From a virus: DNA of 64,000 nucleotides. The stretch lies in IMG/VR virus record IMGVR_UViG_3300027754_000042; one strand, given 5' to 3'. Each line of letters starts with the position of its first letter. The first letter of the stretch is position 1. The notes under the pieces were generated by a model. It searched no databases. It saw only the letters and a program-made list of their open reading frames with translations, and had not been told where the DNA came from. A program made the position numbers and the translations under genes. Positions 55,152-62,886 of the stretch are shown here, piece after piece.

Positions 55152-55876
55152 AGTCATACCGAACAGTATTCATCTCAGATATCCATCTGGGCACGAAAAT
55201 GAGTCAAGCAGACCAGCTGCTTGAGTTTATGAAAACATTTGAGTGTGAGAAGATATATCTTGTTGGTGATATTGTTGATTGTTGGGCCATGTCAAAGAAA
55301 AACATATGGTCTCAATTTCATAATGACGTAATTCAAAAGCTTTTGCGTCGAGCTAGAAAGGGCACAGAAGTTGTATATATCCCAGGAAACCATGACGACG
55401 TTATGCGTAACTATTGCGATAACGAATTCGGTCATATTATTATGGTTAGGGAAGCCATACATGTGGGAGTCGATAATAGGTTATATCTTGTTACTCACGG
55501 TGATCAGTTTGATGTGGTAATTAGAAATGCTGAATGGCTTTCTCACCTTGGTTCATGGGCATATGATTTTAGTATTGACATGAGCTTTTTTATTAATAAA
55601 ATAAGAACAGTGTTTGGTATGAAATACTGGTCGCTCTCCGCATATTTAAAAGGAAGAGTAAAAGAGTCGGTAAATTTTATTGGCAACTATGAAGAGACGC
55701 TATGTAATTATGTGAGAGGCAAAAATCTTGACGGAATTATATGCGGGCATATTCATCATGCTAATATTCGTGATATTGGCGGTATTAGATATATGAATTG
55801 TGGCGATTGGGTAGAATCGTGTACCGCATTGGTTGAGAACCATGATGGTACATTTGAAATTGTGAAGTGGAAGTAG
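55148..55876 (+). CDS. plcP: PlcP-like phospholipase C (LpxH-like metallophosphoesterase)
   Basis: Motifs FISDIHLG, LVGDIVD, HNDVIQKLLRRARKG, PGNHD, HGDQFD, CGHIHH and GDWVESCTA. Confidence 0.8.
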   Translation: MKSYRTVFISDIHLGTKMSQADQLLEFMKTFECEKIYLVGDIVDCWAMSKKNIWSQFHNDVIQKLLRRARKGTEVVYIPGNHDDVMRNYCDNEFGHIIMVREAIHVGVDNRLYLVTHGDQFDVVIRNAEWLSHLGSWAYDFSIDMSFFINKIRTVFGMKYWSLSAYLKGRVKESVNFIGNYEETLCNYVRGKNLDGIICGHIHHANIRDIGGIRYMNCGDWVESCTALVENHDGTFEIVKWK

Positions 55877-55889
55877 ACTATATAAGTCT

Positions 55890-56351
55890 ATGACATATGA
55901 GAATGCGTGGACTTTTAATGGTAAGGAATTTGACAGTGAGGATATCGGGGATGCGTACGGCTTCGTTTACCTTATCACAACACCAGAGGGTCAGAAGTAC
56001 ATCGGTAGAAAGTACTTCTGGTCTATCAGAAAAGTTAAGGGTAAGACCCGTCGTCAGCGATCCGAATCTGACTGGAAAAAGTATTATGGCTCCAGTGATT
56101 TACTCAAAGCCAAAATCAAAGACTCCAACAAAAATCTCTTCAGACGAGAAATTATCTCTTTACATTCGACCAAAGGTCGTGTAAACTATGAAGAAGTAAA
56201 AGAGCAATTCGTAAATGGCGTCCTGGAAAGTGACGACTATATCAATGACAATATCAATGGAAAGTGGCACCGTGGACCAGAACACATCACAAGCAAATCA
56301 AGATTCTCTTCCCTCTCATCTGGGCGGGCATCTAAACAAAACCCACAATGA
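55890..56351 (+). CDS. GIY-YIG-like endonuclease
   Basis: GFVY...YIG.K, ESDWKKYYGSS and NDNING. Confidence 0.8.
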   Translation: MTYENAWTFNGKEFDSEDIGDAYGFVYLITTPEGQKYIGRKYFWSIRKVKGKTRRQRSESDWKKYYGSSDLLKAKIKDSNKNLFRREIISLHSTKGRVNYEEVKEQFVNGVLESDDYINDNINGKWHRGPEHITSKSRFSSLSSGRASKQNPQ

Positions 56352-56850
56352 TCGTGGCACTCTCCTTCATTGTATCGAGAAGTTTCAAATCAAATCATTC
56401 CTCGATGTTGGCTGTGGCCCTGGCGGTATGGTTCGTCTCGCACAAATGCGTAATCTATTCTCATTAGGTATCGACGGCGATTGGGAAGTTCCTAAGGAAA
56501 AGGAAGCAAAGATTATCATCCACGATTTCACAACTGGTCCTGCGCCATTAGACCGCGAGTTCGATCTTGGTTGGTCTGTCGAGTTTCTTGAGCATGTGGA
56601 TGAACAATATCAGGATAACTATATGCAAGCTTTTGCTCGCTGTAAGTATGTTGCATGTACCGCTGCTGGTCCTGGTGCACCTGGGCATCATCATGTGAAC
56701 TGCCAACTACCTACATATTGGCTTGATGTTTTTGATAAGTATGGTTTTGATTATGATGACGAGACCACACAGGAAATTCGTCTACACAAGTCTACCATGC
56801 AGAAGCCATTCATGCAGCGTACTGGTATGTTTTTTGTAAGGAGAGCATAA
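56257..56850 (+). CDS. Class I SAM-dependent methyltransferase
   Basis: Motifs LDVGCGPG, GIDG and SVEFLEH; start uncertain (56215, 56257 or 56272). Confidence 0.8.
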   Translation: MESGTVDQNTSQANQDSLPSHLGGHLNKTHNDRGTLLHCIEKFQIKSFLDVGCGPGGMVRLAQMRNLFSLGIDGDWEVPKEKEAKIIIHDFTTGPAPLDREFDLGWSVEFLEHVDEQYQDNYMQAFARCKYVACTAAGPGAPGHHHVNCQLPTYWLDVFDKYGFDYDDETTQEIRLHKSTMQKPFMQRTGMFFVRRA

Positions 56851-57071
56851 TGATTTCGCAATATTGGAGCACTGATAAAAAGCTTTGTGCTGAAGTCCGT
56901 TTGTTTGAAGAACGCAGATTGGGTCCTGATACAGCCGCGGCTGCTAACATGTACGCGGTAGATTTCAAGCGCGATGGTGTGCTTGTCGAGACAAGATACT
57001 TTCCTGGCAAGAGTGAAGCCTATGCTGATAGCGCAGCCTATAACTGGACGATTGGTATTCTAAATCTTTAG
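56850..57071 (+). CDS. Small hypothetical protein
   Basis: Start overlaps the previous stop; similar to the next ORF. Confidence 0.6.
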   Translation: MISQYWSTDKKLCAEVRLFEERRLGPDTAAAANMYAVDFKRDGVLVETRYFPGKSEAYADSAAYNWTIGILNL

Positions 57072-57079
57072 GAGATAAC

Positions 57080-57286
57080 ATGCAAATTTTAACGACACAT
57101 AGTTGCGATGATGACCACCGTTGCGCTGACGTTCTCAAATATGAAGATGGCACATTTACAGTTCGGTTTCGTTTATACGAGACTGTAGTTAAGACACAAG
57201 ATTTTTCAACCGATCAGCAAGAAGCTGAAGCTGCGGCTAAAGATTGGTCTATAGGTATTATGGTGCGTCCTGATAATTCTATGTAA
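57080..57286 (+). CDS. Small hypothetical protein (paralogue of the preceding ORF)
   Basis: AGGAG RBS; shared CA(E/D)V...A..W.IGI pattern. Confidence 0.6.
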   Translation: MQILTTHSCDDDHRCADVLKYEDGTFTVRFRLYETVVKTQDFSTDQQEAEAAAKDWSIGIMVRPDNSM

Positions 57287-57300
57287 TAAAGGATTTAATT

Positions 57301-58032
57301 ATGATTGAACCTATTCGTATTTTCGTAGGCACATCTTCTAACAATGAAGATGCTGAGGCTGAAATGGTGTTGGAATATACACTAAAGAAGCACGCCACGC
57401 ATCCTATCCAGATTACATGGATGCGCCAGACGCATGACACCAATTCTCATTGGGGTGGATGGGAAACGGAAAATTGGTCTACGCCGTTTAGTGGCTTTCG
57501 TTGGGCAATTCCTGAGGCGTGTGGTTATCATGGGCGAGCAATTTACATGGATGTAGATCAGCTTAATTTGCGTGATATCGCTGATCTATACGCAACGGAT
57601 CTTAACGGCCGCCCTATGGCTGCTCGGCGCGGCGCTCGTTTTGGTGGTCATGAGTTTTGTGTCATTGTTATGGATTGTGAGCAGTTTAATGGTATTCTTA
57701 CACCTGTGGCGCGAATGAAGTCTAACCCATCAGCCCATCATCGGTATATCAATATGTTCTCTGGTAATCCAGAATATGTGACTGACCTCGATCCTCGGTG
57801 GAATTGTCACGATGGTGACGGTTTAGCTCTTGACAATATCTGGCACTTACACTATACTAAAATGAGTACACAACCTTGGAAGCCTGCGTGGTTTACTGGC
57901 AAAGCTGAGGAACATCCACGGCAAGACCTTGTGAAGCTTTGGCATGATATGCGAGCCGAAGCAGTTCTTAATGGCTACGCGCCACAGCTTACCAATGAAA
58001 CATATGGCGACTATAACATCATAGGAAGATAA
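57301..58032 (+). CDS. GT-A glycosyltransferase (GT8-like)
   Basis: Motifs IRIFVG, STPFSGFRW, AIYMDVD, WN and LHYT...PW. Confidence 0.8.
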   Translation: MIEPIRIFVGTSSNNEDAEAEMVLEYTLKKHATHPIQITWMRQTHDTNSHWGGWETENWSTPFSGFRWAIPEACGYHGRAIYMDVDQLNLRDIADLYATDLNGRPMAARRGARFGGHEFCVIVMDCEQFNGILTPVARMKSNPSAHHRYINMFSGNPEYVTDLDPRWNCHDGDGLALDNIWHLHYTKMSTQPWKPAWFTGKAEEHPRQDLVKLWHDMRAEAVLNGYAPQLTNETYGDYNIIGR

Positions 58033-58033
58033 C

Positions 58034-58264
58034 ATGGCTTTGCGTGAAGATATGGGAGGTGCAATGGAGATATTCAATCACATGTATTTCCTGAAGAAGG
58101 AGATTGCGTATCTTACGAGGTACGCTGAAGTCAATGGGCCTCATGATATGGGTCACATTCATACTACCATCAGCGTTCTTCAAGGCCGCTTTGATGAATG
58201 CAAAAAGTTCTCGGATGATTTTATGGCCAGTTCTCGGCATCTTCTTGATGGGATTACACTATGA
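58034..58264 (+). CDS. Hypothetical protein
   Basis: AGGA RBS; GPHDMGHIHTTISVL. Confidence 0.6.
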   Translation: MALREDMGGAMEIFNHMYFLKKEIAYLTRYAEVNGPHDMGHIHTTISVLQGRFDECKKFSDDFMASSRHLLDGITL

Positions 58265-58977
58265 AACTATTTGCATCGTGCGATTCAAAGTACCTTCGCG
58301 TACACGCGCCCGCGCTCGTAGCGTCGGCTGCATATCATAATAACTCTATCCATATCAATGTGATTGCTCCTGGGCAAGATGATCGTGACATCCTTGATGA
58401 TATGAGTTCTAAGTACCACAAGATATCAGAATGGCCGCATAGTGATTTTAGTTGGTCTATGAGTACCATGTATGCTTGCCCTAAAGATTCAGAAGAACTG
58501 CGTACGGTTTATGCTTGCGATAGGTTCCTTACCGCAGGTCTCGTTATGCAGAACCACGAATGCGATTTGCTTATCATCGACACCGACTGTTTGGTTATGC
58601 AACACATTGAACCAATTCTTGATGACCAGGTTGGATTGTTTCTTCGTGAGTCATTGCCCGGCACACAGGGTTGGGAAAATGCTGGTAGTCGTGTAGCAGC
58701 TGGTGCTGTGTTTATTTCACAAGAGGCTGTACCATTCCTTGAGAAGGTTGAAAATCGTATCAGGAAAGGGCCTCTCGCGTGGTTCTTAGATCAGGTAGCT
58801 ATCAATGAAGCTTATCAGGAAGATATTACTGACTATCGTTTTAGGTATTTCGACGCGCAATTTATGGATTGGGAGTTCGTGGAAGGAACTACGATCTGGA
58901 CTGGTAAAGGACCGCGGAAGTATGAGAACGAAAAATACCTTGCCAAGAAAGCTTTCTTCGAAAGGATGATGCGGTGA
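58261..58977 (+). CDS. Nucleotide-diphospho-sugar transferase-like protein
   Basis: Motifs YAC.RF, IIDTD (DxD), WFLDQ and IWTGKG.RK. Confidence 0.65.
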   Translation: MKLFASCDSKYLRVHAPALVASAAYHNNSIHINVIAPGQDDRDILDDMSSKYHKISEWPHSDFSWSMSTMYACPKDSEELRTVYACDRFLTAGLVMQNHECDLLIIDTDCLVMQHIEPILDDQVGLFLRESLPGTQGWENAGSRVAAGAVFISQEAVPFLEKVENRIRKGPLAWFLDQVAINEAYQEDITDYRFRYFDAQFMDWEFVEGTTIWTGKGPRKYENEKYLAKKAFFERMMR

Positions 58978-59180
58978 GATACTTCTCTTACATGATAACT
59001 GGTGGCGAACGAGGCGAAACCTATGAAGTTGAAACAGTATCAGAAGAACAAATTCTTGATTGGGATTGGCGCGATTGGGTGCGCGAAGAACGTAAAAAAA
59101 CAAACCCAAAAGAACTAACAAAAGAAAACTGTATCAATGATTGGGTTATTTTGAATAACGCATGGGAGAGTACGCCTTGA
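58974..59180 (+). CDS. Hypothetical protein
   Basis: GTGA overlap with the previous gene; CINDWV...AW. Confidence 0.55.
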   Translation: MRYFSYMITGGERGETYEVETVSEEQILDWDWRDWVREERKKTNPKELTKENCINDWVILNNAWESTP

Positions 59181-60145
59181 GAAAAGTGTCAATTCTGTTC
59201 CCTCGTTTGGATGTGACATTCAAAGAAGGACCTGTACCCGAAGGTCGTGGCGAAATTCCACCAATTCGTATTCATTGGCAAAATTTCAAAGATAAGCTAT
59301 TGCAGCATCATATGCTGAAGGCTGGCGATAAGGTTTCAATTATTGAAAAGCCACTTTGGCAATTTACGACTGAGTTCGTAGAATCACTAGACGCTGATAT
59401 CGTGTATATTCCACATAAGTCGACCGATACTTTTCCTGTGAGTGGAAAAGAAGTTCGCTACTATATGCAGAGCGTATTTCCTTTTCAGTTTTATATTGAC
59501 TCAAAGGGCTTTGCTGGTGGTAGCTCAAGGTACCCATTTGACTATGATTGGAACCTTGAGATACCACACGGAAGCTTCTATGCCCAGATGCAGGCTCGTG
59601 CGCTCGCGGGTGAGAGTAAGTTCGCACAACCGCCTATGGGTAAAATTACAGTTGAATCTGATGGCCCATATGTTCTGTTTCCATGCCAGATTCCACACGA
59701 TGAAACAATCAAGTACCATTCCGATATCTCGGTGTTAGATGCATTGATGGCTACATGTGAGGCTACAAAGAAGCTAAATATGCCACTGGTGGTAAAAGGG
59801 CATCCTGTTAATCCAGGTAGCATGGCACCGTTATATCAAGCGGTTAAGCAATACGATCATGTTCATTGGGTCGATGATGTGTCCATTCACGATTTGATCC
59901 CCAACGCACATGCGGTTGTCGTCGTAAATTCTGGGACTGGTATGGAAGCAATGCTTCATAAACGCCCAGTGATTACCTTTGGTAGATGTGAGTATGATTG
60001 CGTGAGTAACAAGGCTACGGCGGATAATATCGTTGACGTTCTCAGGTCTCCTGTGTTCAACGAGAAGGAAGTACGAGCATTTTTCGAGTCGTGGTACGAA
60101 TGGACTTACGACACAAGAAACGGTAATTCTTTTAACGGGCTATAA
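59162..60145 (+). CDS. Capsule polysaccharide synthesis (KpsS/KpsC-like) glycosyltransferase
   Basis: Motifs Q.PHD, VKGHP and VVNSGTGMEA. Confidence 0.7.
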   Translation: MGEYALRKVSILFPRLDVTFKEGPVPEGRGEIPPIRIHWQNFKDKLLQHHMLKAGDKVSIIEKPLWQFTTEFVESLDADIVYIPHKSTDTFPVSGKEVRYYMQSVFPFQFYIDSKGFAGGSSRYPFDYDWNLEIPHGSFYAQMQARALAGESKFAQPPMGKITVESDGPYVLFPCQIPHDETIKYHSDISVLDALMATCEATKKLNMPLVVKGHPVNPGSMAPLYQAVKQYDHVHWVDDVSIHDLIPNAHAVVVVNSGTGMEAMLHKRPVITFGRCEYDCVSNKATADNIVDVLRSPVFNEKEVRAFFESWYEWTYDTRNGNSFNGL

Positions 60146-60156
60146 GGAGAACGAAT

Positions 60157-60522
60157 ATGTCATATTGGGGTTATCACCTCCTATTGGACTGCGCTGAATT
60201 GGATCACGCAGCAATCACAGATGCGGAGAACATCTATTATTTCGTCAAGCGTTTGGTCAAAGATATTGATATGGTCGCTTATGGTGAACCACATATTGTT
60301 AACTTTGGCTCAGGCAACAAGGCCGGCTACACATTGGTACAGTTAATCGAAACATCAAATATCGTAGCGCATTTTGTGCCAGATGATGGCATGGGTGGTA
60401 ATGCTATGTACCTCGATGTTTTCTCATGCAAGGAATATGACGATCAGATTGTTATTCAGTTGGTCAAGGAATATTTTGGTGCAAAGTATGTGCGTCCAAA
60501 CTATCTCACAAGACAGGCGTAA
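60157..60522 (+). CDS. speD: S-adenosylmethionine decarboxylase family (pyruvoyl) protein
   Basis: Motifs G.HLLLD, GYTLVQLIETSNI..H and YLDVFSCK. Confidence 0.85.
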   Translation: MSYWGYHLLLDCAELDHAAITDAENIYYFVKRLVKDIDMVAYGEPHIVNFGSGNKAGYTLVQLIETSNIVAHFVPDDGMGGNAMYLDVFSCKEYDDQIVIQLVKEYFGAKYVRPNYLTRQA

Positions 60523-60527
60523 TTGTC

Positions 60528-60556
60528 TTGACAAAGAGTAAAGATGCATATATAAT
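60528..60556 (+). promoter_or_regulatory. Consensus sigma70 promoter for the tRNA
   Basis: TTGACA-N17-TATAAT. Confidence 0.85.
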
Positions 60557-60570
60557 ACACAATAGAAATT

Positions 60571-60645
60571 GCGGGCGTAACTCAGTGGTAGAGTGTCAGC
60601 CTTCCAAGCTGTTCGTCGCAGGTTCGAACCCTGTCGCCCGCTCCA
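60571..60645 (+). tRNA. tRNA-Gly (anticodon TCC)
   Basis: Acceptor stem GCGGGCG/CGCCCGC, D arm ACTC/GAGT, anticodon loop CTTCCAA, TTCGAAC T loop and encoded CCA. Confidence 0.95.
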
Positions 60646-60758
60646 AGTTTCACGAGTGGCTAGAAATGGCCCTCGTGATTGCTATCTGTAACTGGATGGC
60701 ATTGAGCGTAGGAATCTTCCTACTTTTATATAATGTCTTTTTAGACTAAGGAGTAAAT

Positions 60759-61304
60759 ATGAAAAACACAATCACTACCATCTTCGCACTTGCACTAAGC
60801 ACTTCCGCTTATGCAACTGACGTACCAAGCGGCAAGGTCGCTCCAAAGGCTCCCGTACCCGTCTTCGTAAGCGCCGACAATTATATCGGTGTTAATGTCG
60901 GAGCGAATGTCACTGATGGCGTCAACAAACAAGCTCCTACAGCTTTCGGCGTTATTGCAGGTCGTAAGGTTCTAGGTTTTGGTCCTATGGGTTTCACAGC
61001 AGAAGCCGCATATGATTACACCAAGGGCAATACTAACATGGTTTCAGGCAATGCGCTTGTATCATATGCGTTTGGTCCTTTCTCTCCATACGCTCTTGGC
61101 GGTGTTGGCTATCGTTTTGTTGATAGCAAGCTTCCTGTTCGTGTTGGTGGTCCTAAGAATGAGGCAGTTTGGGCAGCTGGTGGTGGTATTAAGTTTGCGG
61201 TCACGTCCGCAATTGAGCTTGATGCTCGGTACCATCGCGTAGAAAACTTTGACTACAAGCGTCCCGAAGATCGTGTGTCTCTTGGAGTTAATTATAAGTT
61301 CTGA
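60759..61304 (+). CDS. Outer-membrane beta-barrel protein (Omp25/RopB-like)
   Basis: Signal peptide, TDVPSGK.APKAP N-terminus, PYALGGVG and C-terminal GVNYKF BAM signal. Confidence 0.8.
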   Translation: MKNTITTIFALALSTSAYATDVPSGKVAPKAPVPVFVSADNYIGVNVGANVTDGVNKQAPTAFGVIAGRKVLGFGPMGFTAEAAYDYTKGNTNMVSGNALVSYAFGPFSPYALGGVGYRFVDSKLPVRVGGPKNEAVWAAGGGIKFAVTSAIELDARYHRVENFDYKRPEDRVSLGVNYKF

Positions 61305-62437
61305 TGATGAAAATATCCCTCACTGCGGATAAGTTCGGTTATTATGAGGTGGGGGGTAGAACCACATATAGTAAAATGGAAGCCCTTGAGTGGGCTTCCA
61401 CTACTAACATGAAGGCGGAGTGGAATTTTAATCGCTCCGCCTTTGAGTCTATGGATTGGAAGAAAGAGCCTACTGGTTCTCTTTGGGAAATGTACAAAGA
61501 GAGAGCGAGGCAAATCCGTGAAGAATACGATTATGTTGTATTATGGTATAGCGGAGGTTCTGATAGTCATAATCTACTTTGGGCATGGTTGGATGCAGGT
61601 CTTAAAATAGACGAGATTGCAACAACATGGAATTACGGTGCTACTGGCGATAAACAGAATCACTATAACGCAGAAATCACAAATGTGGTTTTGCCAGATA
61701 TCGCAATGCTGAAAAATGCTGGTTACGAATTCGAGTTTCGTTTGATTGATATCTCACATTTCTGTATAAAACTTTTTAGTACATGGAATACAGAGTTTGA
61801 ATATAACGTCAACTTCCATCTCAGTCCAAACAATCCTGCAAAACACATATTCCGAAATGAGATTGACGATTATAAAAACATGATCGCTGATGGTAAGAAG
61901 TTATGTTTTGTTTGGGGTAAAGAAAAGCCAGTTCTTCAATATGAGAACGGTAAACATTTCTTCGTGTTTTCCGATAACATTGACAACACGGTTGGTCCAT
62001 ATGTTCAGAAAAAGTATCATCAAGGGTGGTATGATGAGCTATTCTATTGGACACCTGATATGCCACAGCTGGCTATCAAGCAAGCGCATGTTCTAAAGAA
62101 CTATGTGGAATCATGTATTGACGAATCGCAGTTCGAACCAAAGAGCGACACTAAATTTCAAACAGGTGGCTATTCGAAACGATTCGATGGGTATCTAAAA
62201 GATGCATATGTCAAGACAGCTATATATCCAAAATGGTCAAATGATATTTTCTGTAATGGTAAAGCTGGATCTATGACATATAGCCAGCGTGATAGATGGT
62301 TCATCAAGTCGTCATTGCTCGAAAGACATAAGTTCATGTCAATAATGGATTCAATATATTCAGGTATCTATAAGAAAGATTTCTACGACAGACATAATTA
62401 TTATCCATTTTACAGCTCAAGGTATTTTTTAGAATGA
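61304..62437 (+). CDS. Adenine-nucleotide alpha-hydrolase (PP-loop) family protein
   Basis: WYSGGSDS PP-loop and GKEKP. Confidence 0.6.
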   Translation: MMKISLTADKFGYYEVGGRTTYSKMEALEWASTTNMKAEWNFNRSAFESMDWKKEPTGSLWEMYKERARQIREEYDYVVLWYSGGSDSHNLLWAWLDAGLKIDEIATTWNYGATGDKQNHYNAEITNVVLPDIAMLKNAGYEFEFRLIDISHFCIKLFSTWNTEFEYNVNFHLSPNNPAKHIFRNEIDDYKNMIADGKKLCFVWGKEKPVLQYENGKHFFVFSDNIDNTVGPYVQKKYHQGWYDELFYWTPDMPQLAIKQAHVLKNYVESCIDESQFEPKSDTKFQTGGYSKRFDGYLKDAYVKTAIYPKWSNDIFCNGKAGSMTYSQRDRWFIKSSLLERHKFMSIMDSIYSGIYKKDFYDRHNYYPFYSSRYFLE

Positions 62438-62886
62438 ACAAATTTTATGAGACGCACACGCGCACGATAGCGAAGACGCTGACGATCAGAGTTCTATTCA
62501 CTCTAAGCCATCTCTTGAATGGATTCATCGTTACCGGTAGTTTCGTTATTGGAGCGCAGATTGCAGGCGTAGCAGCCATCATCAATATGGTTTTATTTTG
62601 GATTCACGACCGTGCGTGGGAATTTGCGGCATTCAATAGAAAACCAGGTGACACCAAGTTATTTGTTGACGGGCACCCAAGAACTATTAGCAAGAGCATA
62701 ACGTGGCGGGCACTAATCACAATCAATAATTTTATGATTCCATTCATAATGACTGGCTCTTGGCAATCGGCTATAGCGTTCCTAGGAATAGCTACCGTAC
62801 TAAATATTATCGTATATTATGCTCATGAACGAGTTTGGAATGGTGTTGTTTGGGGAAAGAGAGAAAAAGATGTCGTTCAGCAATAA
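62434..62886 (+). CDS. Membrane protein with two DUF2061-like repeats
   Basis: RT.(A/S)K....R...H(D/E)R.W occurs twice. Confidence 0.75.
   Translation: MNKFYETHTRTIAKTLTIRVLFTLSHLLNGFIVTGSFVIGAQIAGVAAIINMVLFWIHDRAWEFAAFNRKPGDTKLFVDGHPRTISKSITWRALITINNFMIPFIMTGSWQSAIAFLGIATVLNIIVYYAHERVWNGVVWGKREKDVVQQ

Noticed and set aside
60646-60730. HDV-like (theta) ribozyme after the tRNA
   Set aside because: I could not fit the nested double pseudoknot; only simple hairpins are evident.
60528-60749. 73-aa ORF in the track
   Set aside because: It starts at the -35 box and runs through the tRNA-Gly gene, so it is spurious.
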